Position numbers and translations under genes: made by a program. Below are positions 37,939 through 46,503 of a stretch of 64,000 bases of DNA, piece by piece. Where the stretch lies: assembly GCF_000317515.1 (NCBI RefSeq), contig NC_019738.1:1937623-2001622 (forward strand), given 5' to 3'. This stretch comes from Allocoleopsis franciscana PCC 7113 (GTDB lineage Bacteria > Cyanobacteriota > Cyanobacteriia > Cyanobacteriales > Coleofasciculaceae). The first letter of the stretch is position 1; each line of letters starts with the position of its first letter. The notes beneath the pieces are model-generated. The model did no database searches and had not been told where the DNA came from. It saw nothing but the letters and a program-made list of their open reading frames with translations.

Positions 37939-39075
37939 ATGAGTAAGGATAATTTGCGTCGGATGAAATCCTTGCCTTTAGCCTCACGCCTGTTTTTTTC
38001 CCATCTTTTAGTGATGATTGTGGGCGTAGGTTCTCTTGTGATTATTGGCAAGTTGTCTTCCCCTCGCTTGTTTGTCCTGCACCTGCAACAACTCGAAGGC
38101 AGAGGTCTCACGTTACGCTTTGCTCGGACTTATCTGGTTAAGGGGTTTGAAACCGCTTGGAATCGAAGTACCTTTTGGTCAGTGATTGTTGGGACTACGG
38201 CTGCCGGTGGACTGAGTTATTGGATTTCTAAGCGAATTGTACAGCCTCTGACTCAAATCGAACAAATTACCCAACAGTTTGCAGCAGGACAACTCGATGA
38301 GCGACTGCCACCGAGTGAGATTCCTGAAATTAATCAACTGGCTAATAGTTTTAACCGGATGGCTGTCAGTTTGGAAGATGTAGAACAGCGACGGCGAGAC
38401 TTAGTCAGTGACCTCACCCATGAACTGCGAACTCCTTTAACGGTGCTGCGGGGTTATCTTGAAGAACTAGCTGATGGTCAAATTGAGCCTACTCCAGTAG
38501 TTTATCAGCGCTTAGCCAAGGAAACTAGGCGGCTAGAACGTTTGATTAATGATTTACAAGAACTTTCTAAAGCAGAAGCTGGGTATCTCCCGATTAAGAT
38601 TGGGTCTGTCAATATCCGTCCCTTGTTAGAGTCTTTGGTGGAAAAATTTGCTGACCAGATATTAGAAGATGGCCCACAGTTGCATTTAGACTGTCCGGAG
38701 CAATTGCCAATTGTACTGGCTGATATTGACCGGGTGGAACAGGTGTTAGTTAACCTTTTAGGTAACGCTCTCACCTATACGGAGTCGGGTTCAATCATCA
38801 TCCGTGCTTGGACAGAAAGCGAAGGGGCAAAAGCTTTTATCCCGCGATTGTGGATTGCGGTGACTGATACGGGGATTGGACTTTCACCCGAAGATTTACC
38901 TCGTGTTTTTGAGCGCTTCTGGCGGGCAGAAAAGTCTCGAAATCAGCACACAGGAGGAACGGGTATTGGTCTGGCGATTTCTCAACGGTTGATTGAATTG
39001 CAAGGCGGTGAGATTGAAGTCGAAAGTCAACTGGGCGTTGGTAGTACGTTTCGGTTTTATCTACCTCTGGCTTGA
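37939..39075 (+). CDS. HAMP-domain sensor histidine kinase
   Basis: Two TM segments and a HAMP domain. H-box LTHELRTPLTVLRGYLE. ATPase TGGTGIGLAISQRLIE. Confidence 0.85.
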   Translation: MSKDNLRRMKSLPLASRLFFSHLLVMIVGVGSLVIIGKLSSPRLFVLHLQQLEGRGLTLRFARTYLVKGFETAWNRSTFWSVIVGTTAAGGLSYWISKRIVQPLTQIEQITQQFAAGQLDERLPPSEIPEINQLANSFNRMAVSLEDVEQRRRDLVSDLTHELRTPLTVLRGYLEELADGQIEPTPVVYQRLAKETRRLERLINDLQELSKAEAGYLPIKIGSVNIRPLLESLVEKFADQILEDGPQLHLDCPEQLPIVLADIDRVEQVLVNLLGNALTYTESGSIIIRAWTESEGAKAFIPRLWIAVTDTGIGLSPEDLPRVFERFWRAEKSRNQHTGGTGIGLAISQRLIELQGGEIEVESQLGVGSTFRFYLPLA

Positions 39076-39241
39076 CGACTCCCGATAGCTGAAGCTAGGG
39101 GATTCTTCTTACTATCTGAGTAGACGCAGATAGTGTATAGTCGGGAGTTTAATCATTGTGCTTGTAGACTAGGCATACAAGCCTTGCCCATGAAAGGATA
39201 GTTGAGATTAGTGCAAGACCTGAACCCGTTGACTTGTTTTT

Positions 39242-40129
39242 ATGTCTCACTCTACTGACTCAACCCCCCTGGAAAACGCCCTGCCTCCCCTAGCACCTGC
39301 CGTTTACATTATTGGTGCAGGGCCAGGAGACCCTGAATTATTGACCGTTAAGGCACAGAAAATTCTCGCCCAAGCGGATGTGATTGTGCTGGCGGATTCC
39401 CTCGTCCCCCCGCAGATGTTGCAGGGTGTCCGTCCCGATGCGGAATTGGTTCGCACGGGGAATAAAACCCTAGAAGAGATTGTGCCATTGATGATTGAAC
39501 GGGTGCGATCGCACAAATCCGTCGTTCGCTTACATTCCGGTGACCTGAGTCTCTACAGCGCCATCCATGAGCAAATGCAAGCCCTTGCCGAAGCCTCCAT
39601 CCCCTTTGAACTCATTCCAGGGATTAGCGCCTTCCAAGCCGCCGCTGCTAAACTCGGTGTTGAGCTGACAGTGCCGGGACTGGTACAGTCCATTATTCTC
39701 ACTCGCATCAGTGGGCGTGCTTCCGCTGTACCGGAGTCGGAAGAACTGGCATCTTTAGCCGCTCATCAAGCCAGTTTGTGCCTCTACCTCAGCGCCCGTC
39801 ATATCGAAGACGCTCAAGCCAAACTGCTGGAACATTACCCTGCTGATACTCCTGTCGCCGTTTGCTTCCGCATCGGATGGCCGGATGAGAAAATCTGGCT
39901 GGTTCCCCTAGAACAGATGGCGGCACTGACGCAAGCCGAAAATCTTATTCGGACAACCCTTTATCTGATTAGTCCGGCGCTGAGAACGGCAAGGAACGAA
40001 CTAACATCCCAGACAGACTTCAGCCTTAGTACCCCTGAAAGCGTAGACGCTGGGCATGAATTAGCCCGTTCCCGTCTGTACCATCCCGAACACTCCCATT
40101 TGTTTCGACCCTCTCGCCCTGTTGGATAA
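39242..40129 (+). CDS. cobM: Precorrin-4 C11-methyltransferase-like tetrapyrrole methylase
   Basis: VYIIGAGPGDPELLTVKAQKILAQADVIV is the TP_methylase motif. About 250-aa core plus a ~45-aa tail. Confidence 0.6.
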   Translation: MSHSTDSTPLENALPPLAPAVYIIGAGPGDPELLTVKAQKILAQADVIVLADSLVPPQMLQGVRPDAELVRTGNKTLEEIVPLMIERVRSHKSVVRLHSGDLSLYSAIHEQMQALAEASIPFELIPGISAFQAAAAKLGVELTVPGLVQSIILTRISGRASAVPESEELASLAAHQASLCLYLSARHIEDAQAKLLEHYPADTPVAVCFRIGWPDEKIWLVPLEQMAALTQAENLIRTTLYLISPALRTARNELTSQTDFSLSTPESVDAGHELARSRLYHPEHSHLFRPSRPVG

Positions 40130-40156
40130 CCTGAAAACAGGTGCCATTTCAAAATT

Positions 40157-40555
40157 ATGAATTCAACTGTCTGCCCAAAATGTAGAGGACGCTTAGAGCC
40201 AGTCGTCTGGGCTGGAATTGAAGTAGACCGTTGCCTTGGTTGCAAAGGAATTTGGTTTGATTCCCTTGAGGCGGAACAGCTCAAAACAATTCAAGGTTCT
40301 GAAGGCTTGGATATTGGCGACCAAGAAATTGGCAGCCAACTCGATAATATAACGGGCGATATTCAATGCCCTCGTTGCCACACGAAAATGACTCGCCTGG
40401 TGGACATTGACCAGTACTGTATCTGGTATGAAGTATGCCCCAAATGTCAAGGGGTGTGGTTAGATGCCGGTGAATTTACTCAGTTTAAAGATAACTTCAA
40501 GCCTAAAGGCTTTCTCGGACGCATCAGTCAAGTGTTTCGTCCAGGCAGTCATTAG
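40157..40555 (+). CDS. Tandem zinc-ribbon (zf-TFIIB-like) protein
   Basis: Two CPxC...CxxC modules (CPKCRG...CLGC and CPRCH...CPKC). Confidence 0.6.
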   Translation: MNSTVCPKCRGRLEPVVWAGIEVDRCLGCKGIWFDSLEAEQLKTIQGSEGLDIGDQEIGSQLDNITGDIQCPRCHTKMTRLVDIDQYCIWYEVCPKCQGVWLDAGEFTQFKDNFKPKGFLGRISQVFRPGSH

Positions 40556-40714
40556 AGTAACAGGGCGGGCAGGAGGCTCACCCCACAGGCAGATTATTGC
40601 TGTCAATATTGGCATAGGCTGAGCATTTTAGCGATTGGCTAGGAACCGATACCCCTTGTCCCTTGCCTGTTGGTACACTTAATGCGATGTGTGAGCACTT
40701 AGGGAGAATAATCC

Positions 40715-41197
40715 TTGCTAGACGAACAAGCGAAAAAGACAATGCTGCGGAAGATTCCTCACGGTCTTCATATCTGCGGAGTGAAAGAGGGTGAGGAAAT
40801 GAATGGTTTCACGGTGAGCTGGGTGATGCAGTCTTCGTTTGAGCCGCCGTTGGTGGTGAATTGCATTAAAAAAGATAGTGGCTCTCATGAAATGCTGAAA
40901 AACACGGGAGTGTTTACCCTCAGCTTCCTAGAGAGTGGACAAAAGGACATGGCGGCGAAATTTTTCAAGCCGCAGAGGCGAGTTGGCAATAAGTTGGAAG
41001 ATGTAGATTTCTATGAGGGAGCAGAAACGGGCTGTCCCATTATTTCTGATACTCTGGGTTACGTTGAATGTAAGGTGGTAGCCACTGTAGATCAAGGTGA
41101 CCATACCGTGTTTGTCGCTCAAGTGATTGGTGCGGGTGTGCACCGCGAGGGTGAGCCGCTTTTGCTGGAAAGCACTGGCTGGAATTACGGTGGATAG
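40715..41197 (+). CDS. Flavin reductase-like FMN-binding domain protein
   Basis: GLHICGVKEGEEMNGFTVSWVMQSSFEPPLVV matches Flavin_Reduct. Confidence 0.7.
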   Translation: MLDEQAKKTMLRKIPHGLHICGVKEGEEMNGFTVSWVMQSSFEPPLVVNCIKKDSGSHEMLKNTGVFTLSFLESGQKDMAAKFFKPQRRVGNKLEDVDFYEGAETGCPIISDTLGYVECKVVATVDQGDHTVFVAQVIGAGVHREGEPLLLESTGWNYGG

Positions 41198-41258
41198 ATA
41201 GCCGCTAACTGCTCCTTAAAATCTGAAATCGTTTTAACCAAGTGGTGATTACAAGCCT

Positions 41259-41612
41259 ATGCCTCTAATTAAGGTGCAAACTTCTGCTGATGCTCCAGAA
41301 TCAACAGCCGTTGAAGGGTTGCTGAAGATTCTTTCTAGCAAATTAGCCAATCATCTGGGTAAGCCGGAATCTTATGTGATGACTGCATTTGAACCCAATG
41401 TCGCGATGACTTTTGGGGGCACAATTGAGCCAACCTGTTACATAGAAGTGAAAAGTATTGGCTCCATGAGTCCCGCGCAAACTAAAGCCATGAGTCAGGA
41501 TTTTTGCCAGACGATTAGCGAAAAGCTCGGCGTATCTATCAATCGAATCTATATCGAATTTGCCGATGCTAAAGGGGCGATGTGGGGTTGGAATGGCTCA
41601 ACGTTTGGTTAA
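41259..41612 (+). CDS. MIF/tautomerase-family protein
   Basis: Starts MPLIKVQTS, with an N-terminal catalytic Pro after Met. 117 aa. Confidence 0.6.
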   Translation: MPLIKVQTSADAPESTAVEGLLKILSSKLANHLGKPESYVMTAFEPNVAMTFGGTIEPTCYIEVKSIGSMSPAQTKAMSQDFCQTISEKLGVSINRIYIEFADAKGAMWGWNGSTFG

Positions 41613-41675
41613 TTTTTAAATTGATGCGAACGAAAGAATAAGACCGAAACCGAGTAGTTAGTAATATTCGATAAA

Positions 41676-41706
41676 CTGCTGAAAACATGATGTTTCAGCA
41701 GTTTTA
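41676..41706. terminator. Bidirectional rho-independent terminator between convergent genes
   Basis: CTGCTGAAAACATGATGTTTCAGCAG hairpin followed by TTTT. The reverse strand gives ...CTGCTGAAACATCATGTTTTCAGCAG plus TTTAT. Confidence 0.6.
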
Positions 41707-41714
41707 GACTAGAC

Positions 41715-42923
41715 TTATTTGGGCAAGAGTTTCTGAATCGCTTCCAAGATAATCTCTGGCTGATCAATCCAAACAAAGTGAGAACTTTGGGTCGCTGGTA
41801 ATGACGTAGAATGGGTTGACAATTTGAGGATTTCAGTGTGCATTTTATCTCGTAAATGATCGGCGGCTTGAACAGGTAGATAAAAATTCCAGATGGAGCG
41901 TTTAAAGAAGGTACTTGATTTGATACTAACCATCGGAAGATTGCCTAAGCTCTTAACTTGACTCACCTGAACACTACTCAAATCTAAGTTCCACATTTCG
42001 CGCCACATGGTCAGCCAGTGTCGATAATGATAAAACGAACGTTTGACTTGTTTTAGTATTTTCTTGGGGAAATGACGCAGCTCTTTTTTGAGCAGTTCAA
42101 ACATTCCCAATGTGCCTAAAAGCCTAACAATGCCCAAAATTGAACCCAGGATGGACATGGCAAATCCAGACATAAAAAATAATTTTAATGCCTGCAAACT
42201 TATAGACATCTTTAACAAGCCGACTTCATGAAGCCCATCTGTCATTACGATGCCAATGACTTTTTCGGGAAATTGATGGGCATAAAGCCTCATATTGTAA
42301 CTGCCAAAAGAGTCACCCACTAAAATATAGGGGGGCTGAATTTCAGCTATGTTCAGGAGTGTATCTAATTCTTTAACAATTTCTTGCGTTGAACGGGGTT
42401 TGGGGCTTGAATCGCTCCACCCATATCCAGCGCGATCGTATATACATACTTGTGTAAGTTTGGCAATTTCTTCTATGAGAAAGTAACCATCGATTCCACC
42501 AAGGCTATGGTCAACGATAACCGTTGGTTTGCCTTGACCTTTGGAGTATAAATGCAGTTTGTAACCGCCGATGTCAATCAGTTGTCCTGGTGGATGATAC
42601 TTTTTATTTTCAAGCCAAGTCGCAATCAGGTGATAACTGGTGGTAATTGATAGAACTAATAAATTTATGGGAATTGGCATTAATAATTTTCCTGGAGTGG
42701 TCTTTTTTTGCTTTGCCGTAACCAGACTAACAGCTTCAATGTAATTATTTGAGACTGACTTAAATACTTTTCTAGCTGAACTTGATAGAATATTGGTAGC
42801 ATTTTTGATGGCGGTCTTGTTTTCGCTAATAAGACCGTTCTTTTTTACCATACATTGGGTACACCTTCGTCTCTCCTTCCTGCCTCCATCCATCTCATTG
42901 TCAATAAACTCGGTATTTGGCAC
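41715..42923 (-). CDS. Alpha/beta-hydrolase fold protein with N-terminal membrane-anchored extension
   Basis: Nucleophile elbow GDSFG. HSLGG and DGLHE motifs. The C-terminal ~270 aa form a hydrolase fold. Confidence 0.65.
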   Translation of the reverse strand: MPNTEFIDNEMDGGRKERRRCTQCMVKKNGLISENKTAIKNATNILSSSARKVFKSVSNNYIEAVSLVTAKQKKTTPGKLLMPIPINLLVLSITTSYHLIATWLENKKYHPPGQLIDIGGYKLHLYSKGQGKPTVIVDHSLGGIDGYFLIEEIAKLTQVCIYDRAGYGWSDSSPKPRSTQEIVKELDTLLNIAEIQPPYILVGDSFGSYNMRLYAHQFPEKVIGIVMTDGLHEVGLLKMSISLQALKLFFMSGFAMSILGSILGIVRLLGTLGMFELLKKELRHFPKKILKQVKRSFYHYRHWLTMWREMWNLDLSSVQVSQVKSLGNLPMVSIKSSTFFKRSIWNFYLPVQAADHLRDKMHTEILKLSTHSTSLPATQSSHFVWIDQPEIILEAIQKLLPK

Positions 42924-43022
42924 GAGGGCTTGTTGGGTAAAACCCTTTACACTTCCGGCTTTGGGGGCGCTTGTCGCCCCCTGAATTAGAGCGAATCCGA
43001 AATGTAGCGCTCTTTTGTCACT

Positions 43023-43937
43023 CTAGGCAGAGAAAAAGTGGAAATCAGCAGGAGCGTCAGCTAGGGGAATGGCTCCGGGGAACCGATTCATAAAAGCAAG
43101 TAACCGATTTAAGCCCACAGAAAGCTCAGGAATAGGAAAGACTTTGAGCCAAAATTGCATCAGTTGAGAAGCCACAAAGGGTTGTACAATTAAACGGAGG
43201 TTGTTCAGCAAGTTTTTCCAACCGGTCTTGAAGTCCCAGTAACGGTGTTCGGCTAACAGAATTCCCAGCCCTGTGTTCGGGATATTAGCTAGTGGTTTCT
43301 GAAGAGTTGGCAAGGCGTTTGAATGGAGACTCACAAGTAGGTAAGCACTACAGACAAGTTCCCACCATTTTTCAATATTGGTGTAACTGGTAAGGCGAAA
43401 ATCTGCCCAGCCTAATTCATTTTTACTTGGTTTTAGCCCATACTCTACCCAATTGCGTAACCTGTAAAGGTTGCCAACTTGGTGATATTTAACATCAGGG
43501 ATTCTCGTCATTACAGACCAAGTTTCGTTGGGGGGAAGAGTTTGGGGATTCGTTGTAATTTCCCAGTACTGTCGTGACCGCCTTTTGCCATAAATAACTT
43601 CTCGAATGTAGCGAACTTGCTTGGTTCCATCGGCAAAAATCCGGTCAAATTTTCGCCACTTATTGTACCTTATCCTTTGATGAGAGGGCATCCAGACTCC
43701 GTGATTACTTCTTATCGCTACCACATAATCATGTTTATTGTGAAACCACTTCTTAGCAAAAGTCGCAATTTGTTGGTCATCAAAGTCAGCAATCTCTACC
43801 TGAGTAAACGGCTCAAAAATGTAGTCTCGTGCAGCAATACGACAAGTTATAATAAATTGATTGCGGTGAAATTGATTGGAAAAACCCTGAATTTGTCCTA
43901 ATGTATAGTTGCTATCGGCTTCTTTAAGTTCGTCCAA
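43023..43937 (-). pseudogene. Chimeric degenerate ORF: NACHT-NTPase fragment (N-terminal ~80 aa) fused in frame to an IS4/IS701-like transposase C-terminal fragment
   Basis: FIITCRIAARDYIFEPFTQVEIADFDDQQIATFAKKWF matches the NACHT ITSRP...ELxxF...QIxxFIxKWF region. YRLRNWVEYGLKPSKNELG matches the transposase Y..R.W.E...K (YREK) motif. Confidence 0.5.
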
Positions 43938-43953
43938 TGCATCCCTGTATTTT

Positions 43954-44277
43954 TTACCGCATTTCTTGAACTAGCTCATTGATCGTTGGTTTTAACGAGT
44001 CAGGAGTTGAAAGAGCCAGAGATTGTGCTTGCGAGAACCGTTTAATCAAAAATTCGCGCAGTCGATTCTCCTTCGTCGGCCCGCAGCCACTAATCTTGAA
44101 TTTTTTATAGATTCCCGTCAGGTAAGTACTCAGACTACTCTCAGAGAGTATCAGCTCTTGTGTCGCCTGTACTCGACTTAAATCGCGACCAAAGATTACC
44201 AGGAAAACAGTCCTTTCTCCGGCAGACAATTCACCGTATTGTTCCAATTGGATCAGGAAGTTTTCGGGGAGTGACAT
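43954..44277 (-). CDS. LuxR/sigma-70-region-4-like HTH protein (likely former N-terminal effector domain of a STAND NTPase)
   Basis: LSAGERTVFLVIFGRDLSRVQATQELILSESSLSTYLTGIYKKF is an HTH_LuxR-like segment. It lies directly upstream of the NACHT fragment on the same strand. Confidence 0.45.
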   Translation of the reverse strand: MSLPENFLIQLEQYGELSAGERTVFLVIFGRDLSRVQATQELILSESSLSTYLTGIYKKFKISGCGPTKENRLREFLIKRFSQAQSLALSTPDSLKPTINELVQEMR

Positions 44278-44561
44278 AAGCGAGTTTTGAAATCATTTAG
44301 CGTCAGTTTAACCAAATTTTGGGCAACGCAAGGAACTTGTCAGGGCAAGTCAGGAAATGTCAGCTGAAACCCACATTCCGCAGGTTGCTGATAGAGTCAG
44401 AGGTATTTTTCAGTACTCTAGAGAGTTTTTTCGGGAGCATCCCAATTTTGCAAGAAGGCAAGAGAACGGGAAGTTTATTCGCGATTTTTACTCGCGAATA
44501 AAGGCCGACTAGGCGGATGTTGCCCTAACTGCGACAATTTAATTAGTTAGGGAGCCTCTTT

Positions 44562-45640
44562 ATGACAATGACACCAGAAGACAAAAAACTTTTAGCCGAC
44601 CATATCAAGGCGATAGCTAAAATTCTCTATAAAAATACTCCACAAGAGAAAATTGAGACGTTAGAGGGTATTGAAACAGCGGTGCGCGACCAAGTGCTAG
44701 AACATGTCAGCCCCCAAATAACCTTTTTTTTATCGGAGAAAAGACGGGAACAGAATCGGGACGCATCCGAACGATAAGAAGTTGTGTGGGTCGGATAAAA
44801 ATCACTCAAAAACAAGCGTCACGTTTAGGAATTGAGCCGTATCGACGGTTAAGTCCTCTTCTGGAAAAATGCTGTTTATTACTTGCAGCAAATGAATCAT
44901 TTCAAGATGCAGAGAATGACCTGAAAGTCTTGACCGGGGTAGAAGTAGGTCACAGCACTCATCATCGCCAAGCCCAGAAAGTAGAGCTATCGCCACCTAA
45001 TATTAAACAAAAACTGACAGAAGTTTGTCTCGATGGTGGGAAAGTGCGTTTACGCTCACAGGAAAAAGGTAAACCCGCCTACTGGAAGGAGTATAAAACC
45101 GGACGACTACAAGGAATATATTACGGAGCCTTCTTTCAAGATAATTTTTCTCTAATTAATTGGGTGAACAGCCAAAACCTGGCTCGAACCATTTATTGCT
45201 TGGGTGATGGACACGATGGGGTGTGGAACCTATTTGCACAAATAGCCGACGACCAGACCCGACAAGAAATTCTTGACTGGTATCATTTGAAAGAGAACCT
45301 CTATAAAATTCAGGCATCGAAAAAGTTTTTAGAACAAATCGAAGCAGATTTGTGGCAAGGAGTGGTCGAAGAAGCGATTAGTAAACTCCGGAAAACTAAC
45401 TATGTCGGGGCTACTAACTTTATAAGTTATCTACGTAAACATAGGCATCGCTTAGTCAATTATATGTACTTTCAAGCCGAACAATTAAGTTCGATTGCTT
45501 CGGGAGCTGTAGAGTCTGCGGTCAAACAGATAGACAAGCGGCTACAAATAGTCGGCGCTCAATGGAAGTCCCAAAATTTACCGCAAATGCTGCAACTGCG
45601 GTGCGCTTATCTGAATCGACAGCTTGCTCCAAGCGCTTAA
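44562..45640 (+). CDS. IS transposase, orfA plus orfB, predicted to be fused by programmed -1 ribosomal frameshift at U UUU UUA (44726-44732)
   Basis: orfB is in the -1 frame relative to orfA and is open upstream through the slippery site. orfB carries GDGHDG...DWYHLKEN, acidic residues of a possible DDE-type catalytic core. Confidence 0.6.
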
Positions 45641-45719
45641 AAAACCCAAAAACAGTATGAAAAGAAGCACGCTGCTTTTTTTCGCGAGTTACAATCGCGA
45701 ATAATTAGGATTTATCTTT

Positions 45720-46130
45720 ATGCCTCGAAAGACTTCCAAGGATATTGAGCGAGATAAACTCGCTCGATTTGAGCGTATTAAAAAGGCGATAGCAGCGTTA
45801 GAAAAACAACAAAGACAAATATTAAAACAGGGTGAGCTGGCTCCATCCGGGGCTTGGGTAGCGCGTTATCAAGTTCGGCAAAATAATAAGAAATATTGGT
45901 ACTACAAATTACAAGTGCCGACTCCATACTTCCCATGCGCGACCTCCGAAGAGTTGAGTAAATACAAGCATCTGGGGAAAGCTGGTACTACTGACCATAT
46001 AGATGCTGTCATGTCTGTTTTTAGGCGTTCTGTTATCGATGAGATACAGAAGCTCATCCGTTCCCTAGATGATTGCTTGCTGGATATTACTTCTGGAGCC
46101 GAGCAGGAGGAAGAAAAACCGCAGGATTGA
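45720..46130 (+). CDS. IS-borne passenger ORF3, copy B
   Basis: Identical to copy A orf3. Confidence 0.45.
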   Translation: MPRKTSKDIERDKLARFERIKKAIAALEKQQRQILKQGELAPSGAWVARYQVRQNNKKYWYYKLQVPTPYFPCATSEELSKYKHLGKAGTTDHIDAVMSVFRRSVIDEIQKLIRSLDDCLLDITSGAEQEEEKPQD

Positions 46131-46503
46131 ATCTCCCGAAGTATTCGCGATTATTACTCGCGAATAATGGCTGTCCCTTTATTTTTGCACAATTGGGATG
46201 CTCTCGTTTTTTCTGAAAAAGGCGATCGCAAAAGACGTTTCCAGTATGTTATTGATGATGATAATCACAACGACTCAGCGTTGACTTCAATGAAGGCATC
46301 AAAAGCCAAGGAAATACAACGCTAATTAGTGAGCATATACTGCCGCCCAGAAATAGTGACAGATTCAACACAGCCCAATCAGCTCAAGCCACCGACTCAG
46401 CCAGCATGATAATAACGCCTCGCTTCGGTTCCCAAAAAGCGGAGGATTTTCTGTCGTTCCGGTGTCAGATTAGTAATGTGCTCCACACCATCGACAATCA
46501 ATT

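Larger units (their letters stand above)
44433..46205 (+). mobile_element. IS element copy B (1773 bp), apparently intact
   Basis: Same terminal repeats and hairpins as copy A. Flanking GTTTTTTC-type 8-9-bp duplication. orfA 44562-44777, orfB 44786-45640, orf3 45720-46130. Confidence 0.85.

Noticed and set aside
44562-45640. Alternative reading of the IS orfA and orfB as two independently translated genes
   Set aside because: Not fully rejected. However, the canonical U UUU UUA heptamer precedes the orfA stop by 40 nt, orfB is open in the -1 frame across it, and orfB has only a GTG start. These favour a programmed frameshift fusion. Experimental test needed.
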